Source of the DNA: a virus
Direction: 5' to 3' (one strand)
Length of the DNA stretch: 64,000 nt
Virus record (IMG/VR): IMGVR_UViG_3300024319_000003
Coordinates: 1 to 64,000 of that record
The translations under genes and the position numbers were made by a program. Under the pieces are notes generated by a model, which was not told where the DNA came from, made no database searches, and saw only the letters and a program-made list of their open reading frames with translations. Within the stretch, counting starts at the first letter, position 1. Every line of letters begins with the position of its first letter. This document shows positions 1 to 9,064 of the stretch, in pieces.

Positions 1-2
1 TT

Positions 3-2336
3 CAAGATGAAGAGACCTTAAAATTACTTCATCAACATATCTTAGACTCAGATGTAATAGCAGTCGATACGGAGACTACCGGACTTAACCCTCGTAAGAA
101 TAAAATTATTGGTTGGTCTGTTTCTGGTGGTGAAGGAGTAGGTTTTTACTTACCTACCTTAGTTTTTGATTATGAGAAAGATGAACTAGTACTGCAGGAA
201 ATAAACGGTAAATCTACTGAGGTAATATCTAGAAATTTACTAAAATTACTTATAGGTAAAAAATTAGTATTCCATAATGCTTCTTTTGATGTTCAATTTA
301 TAAAGAACTATTTTGGAGTTGACTTACTACCTAGCGTTTATGTGGATACAGGGCTACTGGTACATACTGTCTACGAAGAAGGTGCATTTGGATTTGGTAA
401 CCCTTTCGGGTTAAAGTCTATTGCTATAATGAATCAAAAGGAACTAGGACTAGATGTACAAGAAGCAGCTAATAAAGAGCAGATAGAGCTGAAAGAATCT
501 ATTAAGAGTAACGGAGGTTCTACTACTAAGGTACTATATGAAATATTTAAAGCAGACTTAGACATACTAAGTAAATACGCATCAGCAGATACGGATTTAA
601 CTTTACGTATATGTAATCTATATTTAAAGAAGTTAAAAGAAGAAGGTTTAGAGAAGTTTTTCTTTGAAGAAGAAGTAATGCCTATCTACCGTGAAGTTAC
701 TGTTCCTATGGAAGCAGCAGGAGTTGACTTAGATATAGAGCTTATTGAAAAAGTCTATAACGAAATAGTTGAAGATCAAAAAGCTAATAAGGAAATAGTA
801 ATGAAATCTCTCCTCGATATTGCGGAAGTAAAAGAGTGGGTAGTTGCAACTGCTATGACTAACTTTCCTGTTTCTCATAAAGGTAACTGGGCTCAGAACT
901 TAATAACTAGATACTCGATACCTTTACCTAAAAGCGAAAAGACTGGAAAGTATTCTCTTACTCAGAAGAATATAGAAGCTTTTGAACCTTCTAATGATAA
1001 TGAAAGACTTGTTAAAGAGTTTTTACTAACCGGTGATGAGTCTATATTAGAAGATGTAGAAAAAGTTAGGATTTCTATGGCGATGTGGAAAGAGTCTAAT
1101 GACGGAGAGTATATTAATATTCAATCAAAAAAGCATTTAGGTGAAATCGTATTTAAGTATATGGGTATAGAACCTAAAGTAAAAGGAGCTAATACTAAAT
1201 CTGGAAGAGCTAAATTTGATATGGATATGGTTAAAGAGTTAGCAAAAGAATATCCATGGGCAGAGAACTTAAGAGTGTATAATAGGTTACTTAAAATTAA
1301 ATCTACTTATGTAGATAGATTTAGAGATCGTCAAGAAGACGGAAGATACTACTTCTACTTTAAGCAGAACGGAACTGTATCTGGTCGTTATGGATCTGAT
1401 GCTCAGCAACTACCTAAACCTCTAGAAGAAGGAGAAGAAGCTCCTATTATTATGAAATATGTAAACGTAGTAAGAAAGTTTCTTATTGCCGGAAATGGTA
1501 GAAAGGTTATTGATGCCGATTATGAATCTCTAGAACCTCACTGCTTTGCTTCAGTAACAGGAGATAAAGCTTTACAGGAGATCTTTAATAAGAATTGGGA
1601 TTTTTATTCTACGGTTGCTATTAAGACTGAAAAGCTAAACGAAGATACTGCCAGGTTCCCTAACGGAGTCTCAGCTGATAAAAGTGCTCCTAACTACTTA
1701 AAGAAACTAGATGCTCCAGCTCGTAACAAAGCTAAAGCCTATTCATTAGGTATTGCATACGGTATGGAAGCTTATGCTTTAAAGATGACCTTAGGAGTAG
1801 ATCAGAAAACTGCTGAACGTTTAGTACAAGGTTACCTAGATGGATTTCCTCAACTTAAGGAATGGAGAGAAAATTCAAGACTGCAAGTAAAAGCTCATGG
1901 GTTCATTAAAAACTATGTTGGTAGAGTAAGACACCTACCTAAAGTTCAGAAGACTTATATTAAGTTTCAAGATAAGATGATGGATTGGAGATTTAGAAAA
2001 GAACTAGAGCGAACATACGGAAAAGACGTAGTGCTTCAAGCATATAGAGATTACCGTAATGGACTTAATAACTGTCTTAACTTTCAATTACAGTCTCTAG
2101 CAGCAGCAGTAGTAAATAGAGCAGCGTTAAAGATTAATCAGAAAGCTAAAGAATTAAATATCGATGCTATATGTCAAGCTCAAGTGCATGATCAATTGAT
2201 AGTAAACGTTGATGAAAAAGACGCAGAAATGTTTGCTCCTTATGTTCAAGAGATTATGGAGAATACTACTAAACTACCTGGAGTAACTTTAAAAGCACCA
2301 CCAGAGATTGCTAATAACTGGGCAGAAGGACATTAA
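3..2336 (+). CDS. polA: DNA polymerase, family A, with 3'-5' exonuclease (5'-truncated by window edge)
   Basis: The frame is open from base 3, upstream of the ORF-track start at 342, and contains ExoI DTETTGL and FHNASFD; also TVSGRYGS, motif A DADYESLE, motif B RNKAKAYSLGIAYG, motif C QVHDQ. Confidence 0.95.
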   Translation, partial: QDEETLKLLHQHILDSDVIAVDTETTGLNPRKNKIIGWSVSGGEGVGFYLPTLVFDYEKDELVLQEINGKSTEVISRNLLKLLIGKKLVFHNASFDVQFIKNYFGVDLLPSVYVDTGLLVHTVYEEGAFGFGNPFGLKSIAIMNQKELGLDVQEAANKEQIELKESIKSNGGSTTKVLYEIFKADLDILSKYASADTDLTLRICNLYLKKLKEEGLEKFFFEEEVMPIYREVTVPMEAAGVDLDIELIEKVYNEIVEDQKANKEIVMKSLLDIAEVKEWVVATAMTNFPVSHKGNWAQNLITRYSIPLPKSEKTGKYSLTQKNIEAFEPSNDNERLVKEFLLTGDESILEDVEKVRISMAMWKESNDGEYINIQSKKHLGEIVFKYMGIEPKVKGANTKSGRAKFDMDMVKELAKEYPWAENLRVYNRLLKIKSTYVDRFRDRQEDGRYYFYFKQNGTVSGRYGSDAQQLPKPLEEGEEAPIIMKYVNVVRKFLIAGNGRKVIDADYESLEPHCFASVTGDKALQEIFNKNWDFYSTVAIKTEKLNEDTARFPNGVSADKSAPNYLKKLDAPARNKAKAYSLGIAYGMEAYALKMTLGVDQKTAERLVQGYLDGFPQLKEWRENSRLQVKAHGFIKNYVGRVRHLPKVQKTYIKFQDKMMDWRFRKELERTYGKDVVLQAYRDYRNGLNNCLNFQLQSLAAAVVNRAALKINQKAKELNIDAICQAQVHDQLIVNVDEKDAEMFAPYVQEIMENTTKLPGVTLKAPPEIANNWAEGH

Positions 2337-2361
2337 AACGAATTTAACCTATATTTATATA

Positions 2362-2885
2362 AAATGAAAGATCAACTTGAGAGCGATTTTTTATTACATT
2401 AACCGACGATCTTAGGACGTCATAAACTTAAAATGATATGAGTACATTAGAATTATTAAACAACAACCCTTTTGACATACTTGTCAGAAATTTTTTACAA
2501 TCCCAAGGGCATTTCCGCCCAATTGATCAATCAAAAGTCCCACATCCTGTTGATATCTTCGAAACACCTATCGGTATTGGTATAGATATTGCTTGTACAG
2601 GAATCGATAAAGAGGATATTGATGTTCAAATACAAGGAAACATTCTTAGAGTAATATACGATAAACCAAAATCAGAGCTTGATAGTAAGTTTTACCATAG
2701 AGGTATAGCTAAACGAGCTTTTAATTTAGGTTGGAAGATCGATAGTAAGTTCCAATTAAGTAAAGCTGATGCTTCATTTGAAAACGGACTACTTCGAATC
2801 AGTATACCTTTTAGCAAAGGTTCAGAGTTAAAGACTTTGAAAATTAAATAGGTTTTTTTTCGCTCTCAAGTTTGATCCCTCATTT
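2362..2885. repeat. Imperfect ~25-bp inverted repeat bracketing hsp20 (arms 2362-2386 and 2860-2885)
   Basis: aaatgaaagatcaa-cttgagagcga versus reverse complement of the right arm aaatgagggatcaaacttgagagcga; perfect 13-bp core. Confidence 0.85.
2438..2851 (+). CDS. Small heat-shock protein (Hsp20/alpha-crystallin)
   Basis: PVDIFET, HRGIAKRAF, ASFENGLLRISIP, C-terminal LKI motif. Confidence 0.95.
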   Translation: MSTLELLNNNPFDILVRNFLQSQGHFRPIDQSKVPHPVDIFETPIGIGIDIACTGIDKEDIDVQIQGNILRVIYDKPKSELDSKFYHRGIAKRAFNLGWKIDSKFQLSKADASFENGLLRISIPFSKGSELKTLKIK

Positions 2886-2927
2886 ATTTTTCTTATATTA
2901 ATATAAACAATAAAAAATAAGTTATAC

Positions 2928-3236
2928 ATGGCAAAAGAATTAATACCCTTCAATGATAGAGTTATTATAAAACCTATAGAAGAAGATGAACAAATGTACG
3001 GTAATATAGTTGTACCTGATATGGGTAAGAACAAACCGGAAATGGGAGAAGTAATCTCAGTAGGACCAGGTCGTCAATCTGAATTTGGTCAGTTTATTAG
3101 AGTAAATGCAAAAGTAGGAGATACTGTACTTATTCCAAAAATTGGATCTTTAAGAGTAGATTTTGATGGAGAGGAATACTTCATAACACCAGACAAAGAA
3201 ATTTTAGCAATAATTAAAGAATCAAACAATGAGTAA
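2928..3236 (+). CDS. groES: Co-chaperonin GroES
   Basis: PFNDRVIIK, GEVISVGPG, KVGDTVL; adjacent to groEL. Confidence 0.97.
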   Translation: MAKELIPFNDRVIIKPIEEDEQMYGNIVVPDMGKNKPEMGEVISVGPGRQSEFGQFIRVNAKVGDTVLIPKIGSLRVDFDGEEYFITPDKEILAIIKESNNE

Positions 3237-4866
3237 AAAAGTTATATTTTCAGACGAAGCAAGAGGGAAGCTAGCAAAAGGAGTAGATAAATTAGCAAAT
3301 GCTGTAACAGCTACATTAGGACCTTCCGGAAGAAACGTTATTATAGAACAAGATATGGGGAATCCTATATCAACTAAAGACGGAGTAACAGTAGCTAAGT
3401 CAATCGAACTATCAAATAAGGTGCAAAATTTAGGAGCACAAATTGTTAAACAAGCTTCTATTAAGACAGCAGAGCAAGCAGGAGACGGAACAACTACATC
3501 TACACTTCTCGCACAATCTATGCTTTCAGAAGGTATAGACAAACTTAAGAAAGGTCAAAACGCAGTAGACATAAAAAGAGGTATTGATGAAGCAACAAAA
3601 GAAGTTGTACAATATCTAAAAGAGTATTCAAAAGACATAACGGATGAAGAACAGCTAAAGCAAGTAGCTACTATCTCAGCTAACAATGACACCGAAATAG
3701 GTGAGTTAATTTCCACTGCCATGGACAAAGTTGGCCGTGATGGGGTAGTAACAATCGAAGAGTCGCGAACAGGAGAAACATATTTAGAAACTGTTGAAGG
3801 TATTCAATTCAGCAGAGGTTACAAGTCTCCTTACTTCGTCACAGATAATAGCTCAATGCAAGCTGTTCTTCAAGATCCGTTTATACTTCTTACAGATAAG
3901 AAGATTAATAACATAAAAGAACTTCTTCCTATCTTAGAAGCATGTTCATCTCAAAATAAACAGCTGTTAATTATAGCAGATGAAATAGGAGGAGAGGCAC
4001 TTTCTACCTTAGTAGTAAATAAGATGAGAGGTATCTTAGGAGTTGTAGCAGTTCAAGCACCTGATTTTGGAGACAGAAGAAAAGCAATATTAGAAGATAT
4101 TGCAATACTAACTGGAGGAACAGTAGTATCTCATGAAAAAGGAATGAAACTTGATAAGTTTAATACTGACTGGTTAGGGAAAGCTAACAAGGTAACAGTT
4201 AGTAAAGATACTACAACAATTATCGATGCACAAGGAGAAGAAGCTGCAATAACTGATAGAGTAGAGGATATTAAGAGTTTAATTGATAATAGTAATTCTA
4301 ATTTTGAAATTGAAACTTTACAAGAGAGGTTAGCTAAGTTTATCGGCGGTGTATCTATTGTACACGTTGGTGGATTGACAGAAATAGAAATGAAAGAGAA
4401 GAAAGATAGAGTAGATGATGCACTCCACGCTACTAAAGCAGCCTTGGAAGAAGGAATTCTACCAGGTGGAGGTATCGCTCTCTTGAACTCTGCTATGATG
4501 CTTGCTGACCAAATTGGCGCCCAACCAGAAGAGTATCATCTAGGTTACGAAATTGTAATCTCAGCAATCGAAAGACCTTTCTATAAAATACTATTAAATG
4601 CAGGATATACAGACAGCGATATAGGAGGTATAGAAGAACATATTAAAGAAGGAGGAGATGCCTGGTCAGGGTATAATCCTAGAGAAGAACAGTATGTAAA
4701 TATGTTTGCTTCCGGTATTATTGATCCAACTAAAGTTACTAGGTTAGCATTAGAAAATGCAGCATCAGTTGCAGGAACGATGTTAATAACTGAAGCAGTG
4801 ATTAGTAATAAAAAGGATAAAAAACAAGACCCAGCACAGGGTATTGATCCATCAATGATGATGTAA
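3229..4866 (+). CDS. groEL: Chaperonin GroEL
   Basis: TLGPSGRNV, TKDGVTVAK, AGDGTTT, GIIDPTKVTR. Confidence 0.98.
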   Translation: MSKKVIFSDEARGKLAKGVDKLANAVTATLGPSGRNVIIEQDMGNPISTKDGVTVAKSIELSNKVQNLGAQIVKQASIKTAEQAGDGTTTSTLLAQSMLSEGIDKLKKGQNAVDIKRGIDEATKEVVQYLKEYSKDITDEEQLKQVATISANNDTEIGELISTAMDKVGRDGVVTIEESRTGETYLETVEGIQFSRGYKSPYFVTDNSSMQAVLQDPFILLTDKKINNIKELLPILEACSSQNKQLLIIADEIGGEALSTLVVNKMRGILGVVAVQAPDFGDRRKAILEDIAILTGGTVVSHEKGMKLDKFNTDWLGKANKVTVSKDTTTIIDAQGEEAAITDRVEDIKSLIDNSNSNFEIETLQERLAKFIGGVSIVHVGGLTEIEMKEKKDRVDDALHATKAALEEGILPGGGIALLNSAMMLADQIGAQPEEYHLGYEIVISAIERPFYKILLNAGYTDSDIGGIEEHIKEGGDAWSGYNPREEQYVNMFASGIIDPTKVTRLALENAASVAGTMLITEAVISNKKDKKQDPAQGIDPSMMM

Positions 4867-4994
4867 TGAATGACATTATAGTTAGAGAATATACTAATGA
4901 GTATGGATTAAAAGATAAATGGACGTATAAGGGTAATACGTTGATTAGTACAGAAATGACCTACCCAAAAACTAAAATTAAAAAGAAAACTATT

Positions 4995-5165
4995 ATGAGT
5001 AAAAAACAAGAATTATTCGAAGCAATTGAAGCAAACTTTAATGAGTTAGCAGAAAATAATGCAGGTACTACAAAAGCATCTCAACAGAGAGCTAGAAAAG
5101 CAGCAGGTGAAATTAAGAAATTAATCACCGACTATAGAAAAGCTTCTGTAGCAGAGAACAAGTAA
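4995..5165 (+). CDS. Hc1-like (Bacteroidetes histone-H1-like) small DNA-binding protein; ORF track extends it upstream to 4866
   Basis: KASQQRARKAAGEIKKLITDYRKAS resembles the KAAxxRARKxxxExxKxxKEFRKxS pattern of this family. Confidence 0.7.
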   Translation: MSKKQELFEAIEANFNELAENNAGTTKASQQRARKAAGEIKKLITDYRKASVAENK

Positions 5166-5176
5166 GATGAGGAGGC

Positions 5177-5230
5177 GGGGGAGGGGCGTTTCTCTCTCTC
5201 GTCGACGAAGTCGACACGCGCGAATTTAAA
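5177..5230 (+). repeat. GC-rich structured element, copy 1
   Basis: gggggaggggcgtttctctctctc-gtcgac-gaa-gtcgac-acgcgcgaatttaaa; related copies at 40960 and 42369. Confidence 0.85.
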
Positions 5231-5232
5231 AG

Positions 5233-5268
5233 AAGGTCCTTCCGGAAACGGCTAGGGCCTTTTCTTTG
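5233..5268 (+). terminator. Probable intrinsic terminator of the chaperone operon
   Basis: aaggtcct/agggcctt stem capped by ccg-GAAA-cgg and followed by a T-rich run. Confidence 0.6.
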
Positions 5269-5578
5269 TGAATATGTTAAAGGTTACCCCAATGGAGAGG
5301 CCTCCGTAAGTTGTTGCTAATAAATCCCGTTTATCAAAGCGATTGCCTTTCTCTCTGCTATCGGAAAGTTCTTTTAATGTACCAACCAATATAGAAGAAG
5401 CAACGGAGTAAATCAATGCTTTTTTCTTGCTCTTGGTCTTAGCGTAAACTAGAGTATAAGTGCTTGCGGATACTAACGCGCCTGCGGCAAAATGGTACTG
5501 TTTGTCGTATTCTGTTAAGAGCTGCGCGTGAGCCGTGGAAAGAGTTAAGAATAGTAGAAGTGTAGTAAATAGTCTCAA
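5252..5578 (-). CDS. YfiM/VanZ-like small membrane protein
   Basis: Signal peptide ending AHA-Q; DKQYHFAAG, KELSD and DLLAT motifs; TATTTAT motif upstream on the minus strand. Confidence 0.7.
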   Translation of the reverse strand: MRLFTTLLLFLTLSTAHAQLLTEYDKQYHFAAGALVSASTYTLVYAKTKSKKKALIYSVASSILVGTLKELSDSREKGNRFDKRDLLATTYGGLSIGVTFNIFTKKRP

Positions 5579-5936
5579 TGCGTGTGGGTTTTAAAGGTTT
5601 AATAGAACCAAACCCTTCAGCACATCATCTATTCATAACACAGGATTCTTTATAATAAATATAAGTAAGAAGTTGTTAATCAGAATTATTTTTCTTATAT
5701 TTATTTAATAAAGGATAGATGGTGAACGATATGAAATTTTTATACTGGGAAGATGAATGGAATTTAAATAAAGATGAAAAAAAAGAAAATGAATATCCGG
5801 ATGGACAACGGAGAGAGTTATTCGGAAAGAGAGCTGTCGAAATTGGTAAGAAGAAAGATGCTGACTAAGCATCATGGAGATGATACAGCTTATAGAAGAA
5901 AACCTAAACACAAAAGAGATTATCGAGAAGATTTAG

Positions 5937-6173
5937 ATGAATAATAGTAATATTAAAAACAAATTAGTTATGAGTGATTCAATTAAAAAGTATAATGAAT
6001 TAGTACAAGATGGTTTAATACCAAAAGGAACTTCAAATGGTGAGTTTCATGAACTAGGAAAATACAGACCAAACAACCTCACAGAACAGCAGAAACAACA
6101 AGCATACAGACTTTTAACAGAGTATGATGAAGTTGTAATAAAGTATGCTTTTAATAAAATAATGTTTGGATAA
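5937..6173 (+). CDS. Hypothetical protein
   Basis: ORF in a plus-strand gene run. Confidence 0.6.
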   Translation: MNNSNIKNKLVMSDSIKKYNELVQDGLIPKGTSNGEFHELGKYRPNNLTEQQKQQAYRLLTEYDEVVIKYAFNKIMFG

Positions 6174-6199
6174 TTGAATAATATTTCGTATATTACAAT

Positions 6200-6724
6200 A
6201 TGAATACAGAACTACCTTATAATCCCAGATGGAGCAAGCAATGGCTTGAAACTCAACTCAGAAAGAGATACTTTAAAAAACCTTATGATAGGTTTATGTG
6301 GTGGAGAAGTTATACACCTAAAACTAAACCGCTAGGGTATAAAGCTTCTTTTATTGATAGATTGAGAAACGGAGATTACGAATCAGGGCCCTACTTAATG
6401 GAGGTAGAATTAGTATTACATACTATGAATGAAAAGTTTTCAGCCCTTATAGGACGAGATGGTCAGGTAGATCATGGTAAGTATGTCTCTGAAACCTCTG
6501 TAGATAGAGCGAGAAAAAAAAGACTTATAGAAGATCATGAAAAAGAAGAGTTTCGTAAGTTAACCGACTTAAGAGAACAGTTTGTAAAAGAGTTTAAAAT
6601 ATCAAAAGAAGAGTACGATGTAGAAGTAACTATAGGTTGTGATGATCTGGTTTCTTTTTACTTTAAGATAGAAGATAAGTACGGCAAAAGAATTAGGATT
6701 CCTAGGAAAACTAAAAGCAAATAG
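6200..6724 (+). CDS. Hypothetical protein
   Basis: 174-aa ORF directly after a host-type promoter. Confidence 0.75.
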   Translation: MNTELPYNPRWSKQWLETQLRKRYFKKPYDRFMWWRSYTPKTKPLGYKASFIDRLRNGDYESGPYLMEVELVLHTMNEKFSALIGRDGQVDHGKYVSETSVDRARKKRLIEDHEKEEFRKLTDLREQFVKEFKISKEEYDVEVTIGCDDLVSFYFKIEDKYGKRIRIPRKTKSK

Positions 6725-6786
6725 GTTTTAACAGCCTATTTATATATAAATATATAATAAACAAATCAAATTTAAAAAAAAGTTTT

Positions 6787-7224
6787 ATGAAAACAATTTT
6801 AGTTATTTTAGTACTTGCAGCAATTGGCGTAGGTACAATTATTTACTTTATCAAAAAAGGTAAAATCAAAGACAGAGACGGAGACTATATTCCAGACGTA
6901 GTAGAAGATACTGCAGAAGACATAGAAGACTTTGTTGAAGATAAAATTAAAGACGGTAAGGAATTACTAAAAGATGCTAAAGCATTAGCAAAAGAAGTAA
7001 AATCTAGAGCAAAGAACGCAAAAGATGAACTTGAAGATGTATTAGAAGAACTAGCAGATGTTTCTTCTGCACTACAAGGAAAAGTAACTAAAACAAAGTT
7101 ACGTAAATTTACTAAGAAAGATCTTTTAGCATTAGCAAGTAAGGATTTTGATACTGAATATCCTACATCTATTACTAAGACCAACTTAGTAAATAAAGTA
7201 TATTCTCTATATAATAACAAATAA
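6787..7224 (+). CDS. Membrane-anchored coiled-coil protein
   Basis: N-terminal hydrophobic helix, DRDGDYIPD, charged helical body. Confidence 0.75.
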   Translation: MKTILVILVLAAIGVGTIIYFIKKGKIKDRDGDYIPDVVEDTAEDIEDFVEDKIKDGKELLKDAKALAKEVKSRAKNAKDELEDVLEELADVSSALQGKVTKTKLRKFTKKDLLALASKDFDTEYPTSITKTNLVNKVYSLYNNK

Positions 7225-7442
7225 TGCAAGAAAATTTAAATGTCGACATTAACCAAACTTTACCGGTTACTTGTGATGAATGTGGTGGTATTCACTTCGA
7301 GCAAGTTGTTATTATCAGAAAAGCATCCGGATTACTCACAGGAACAGGAAAACCAACTTACATACCAATCCCAGTATTTGCATGCAAATCATGTGGGCAC
7401 GTTAATTCGGAATTCCAACCTAAAGAAATCCAAGAACTTTAA
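7224..7442 (+). CDS. Zinc-ribbon protein
   Basis: CDEC...CKSC. Confidence 0.75.
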   Translation: MQENLNVDINQTLPVTCDECGGIHFEQVVIIRKASGLLTGTGKPTYIPIPVFACKSCGHVNSEFQPKEIQEL

Positions 7443-7558
7443 TAAGGTAGCAAAAGAAAGCTACTCAGGATTACAAGGAGAAATTTACTCCTAATAAAAT
7501 ACGGCGCATCCTTAGCTATCATGAGATGCTTAAAGTAGTTTAACTATTGCCTATACGG

Positions 7559-7590
7559 AAAGAGATCTTTTATATAAGGATCTCTTTTTT
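7559..7590 (+). terminator. Intrinsic terminator
   Basis: aaagagatctt/aggatctcttt stem followed by a T run. Confidence 0.8.
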
Positions 7591-7634
7591 GTTAGCTATT
7601 TATATTTAAACGTTTTAATTTAATAAGTTGCACT

Positions 7635-7892
7635 ATGTTTAAACACTTAAAGAATAAATGGATGGCATTTAGAAACATTTTTAAAGACAACAACGATATC
7701 AACGAAAAATCCGTAGTTGGATTTTTAGCATTTGCAATAATGGTAATTTTTGCAGTAGCTGATTTAGTCTCAGGCTACTTCGGTAAAGATCTAGTAATTA
7801 ATGAATTTATATACGATTCATTCGTATGGATAGTATTAGGTGCTTTTGGAATTGCTGAAGTCGGTAAAGTATTCGGTAATAGAGCGAAGTAA
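7635..7892 (+). CDS. Two-TM membrane protein, holin candidate
   Basis: Two hydrophobic helices, basic C-terminus, TATTTAT upstream. Confidence 0.5.
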   Translation: MFKHLKNKWMAFRNIFKDNNDINEKSVVGFLAFAIMVIFAVADLVSGYFGKDLVINEFIYDSFVWIVLGAFGIAEVGKVFGNRAK

Positions 7893-7913
7893 CTTAAAAC
7901 TAGTATAACTTCT

Positions 7914-7939
7914 AGAGGAGGGCATTAGCCCTCTTTTTT
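7914..7939 (+). terminator. Intrinsic terminator
   Basis: gagggc-atta-gccctc followed by tttttt. Confidence 0.85.
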
Positions 7940-7955
7940 GTGAACAATTATTTAT

Positions 7956-9026
7956 ATGAAGAAACTAACCTTTATATTAATACTACTCAGTAGTATAGTA
8001 AAAGCACAATCACCACTATGTCCTTCATCTGCACAAGCTTTTGGGTATGAACGTTTAAATTCGATAAATATAAATGGACAAAATTACATTGTAAATACAG
8101 GTTGGACTGGACCAGGATATATAGACCATACAAATACCTTAGTTCCTACAATAAATGCCGGAGATGTAATTACTCTTAATTTTCAAGCTCAAACCCGAGG
8201 TAATTACCGACAGTACTTTAAATTATGGATTGATTATAATGGAAATGGAAATTTAAACGATTCAGGAGAACTAGTTCACTCTAGTAATAGTACGTGGAAT
8301 GGAACTAGAAATTTCAATAAAACATTTACCGTTCCGCAAACAGTTTTCAATGGAGAAGTTTATATGAGGTTTATGATGGTATATTCTTCTTCTCCCAACT
8401 TATGTGGTAATTACTCATATGGAAATACAGTTGACTTCAAAACTACAATTACAGGAGCTGTTGATCCAATAAATCATAGTGGGTACGTTTACGGCGCTGA
8501 AGAAGAACCTTTAGAAGGAATCACAGTTCAACTTAAAACACAAAACAAAAATCAGGTTGGATTTAGTTACAATCTACACTCAGAAGCTGTAACAGATACA
8601 AATGGAGCTTATAGTTTTTCAACTAATTTAAATTATGATGATTACGATTACACTATAGATGTAGTGCCTCCTACATTATCAATTCCAACTCTAAATGATA
8701 TCAGTTACTTTACTAGTAAATTAATTAGTGGGGTTTATAATTCCAAAGATTATTGGAGAATGGATGTTAATAATGACGGGAAATTTAGTGTTGCAGATTT
8801 ATATTCTATGTTAGCTTACATGAATGGTATATTTACTCAGTATAGTAGTACTACACCTTCTACAAAAGTATTTCATTATCAACAAACTCCTTACTTTTGG
8901 GACCCTTTAGATACTGATACTGATGATAAATCTGAAAATTTTGGATATGGAAGTTATAGTTTATTTGATAGAAGTAATGGAGACTCTACTATATTCTATT
9001 TAATAAGAACCGGACACAGGAATTAG
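7956..9026 (+). CDS. Exported GEVED-domain protein with C-terminal dockerin-like motif
   Basis: Signal peptide ending VKA-Q; LWIDYNGNGNLNDSGE...YMR...YGNTVDF (GEVED-like); DVNNDGKFSVADLYSM (dockerin Ca-loop). Confidence 0.8.
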   Translation: MKKLTFILILLSSIVKAQSPLCPSSAQAFGYERLNSININGQNYIVNTGWTGPGYIDHTNTLVPTINAGDVITLNFQAQTRGNYRQYFKLWIDYNGNGNLNDSGELVHSSNSTWNGTRNFNKTFTVPQTVFNGEVYMRFMMVYSSSPNLCGNYSYGNTVDFKTTITGAVDPINHSGYVYGAEEEPLEGITVQLKTQNKNQVGFSYNLHSEAVTDTNGAYSFSTNLNYDDYDYTIDVVPPTLSIPTLNDISYFTSKLISGVYNSKDYWRMDVNNDGKFSVADLYSMLAYMNGIFTQYSSTTPSTKVFHYQQTPYFWDPLDTDTDDKSENFGYGSYSLFDRSNGDSTIFYLIRTGHRN

Positions 9027-9064
9027 TTATATTTATAATAAATTAATGTTAAAATAAAATTACA

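Noticed and set aside
2362-2885. Inverted repeat as IS/MITE ends
   Set aside because: No transposase, no target-site duplication seen, and the arms coincide with transcription signals; kept as a regulatory finding
5177-5230. GC-rich element as a DGR hairpin, retron or known ribozyme
   Set aside because: No reverse transcriptase or TR/VR pair in the window, and no hammerhead, HDV, twister or pistol core recognisable
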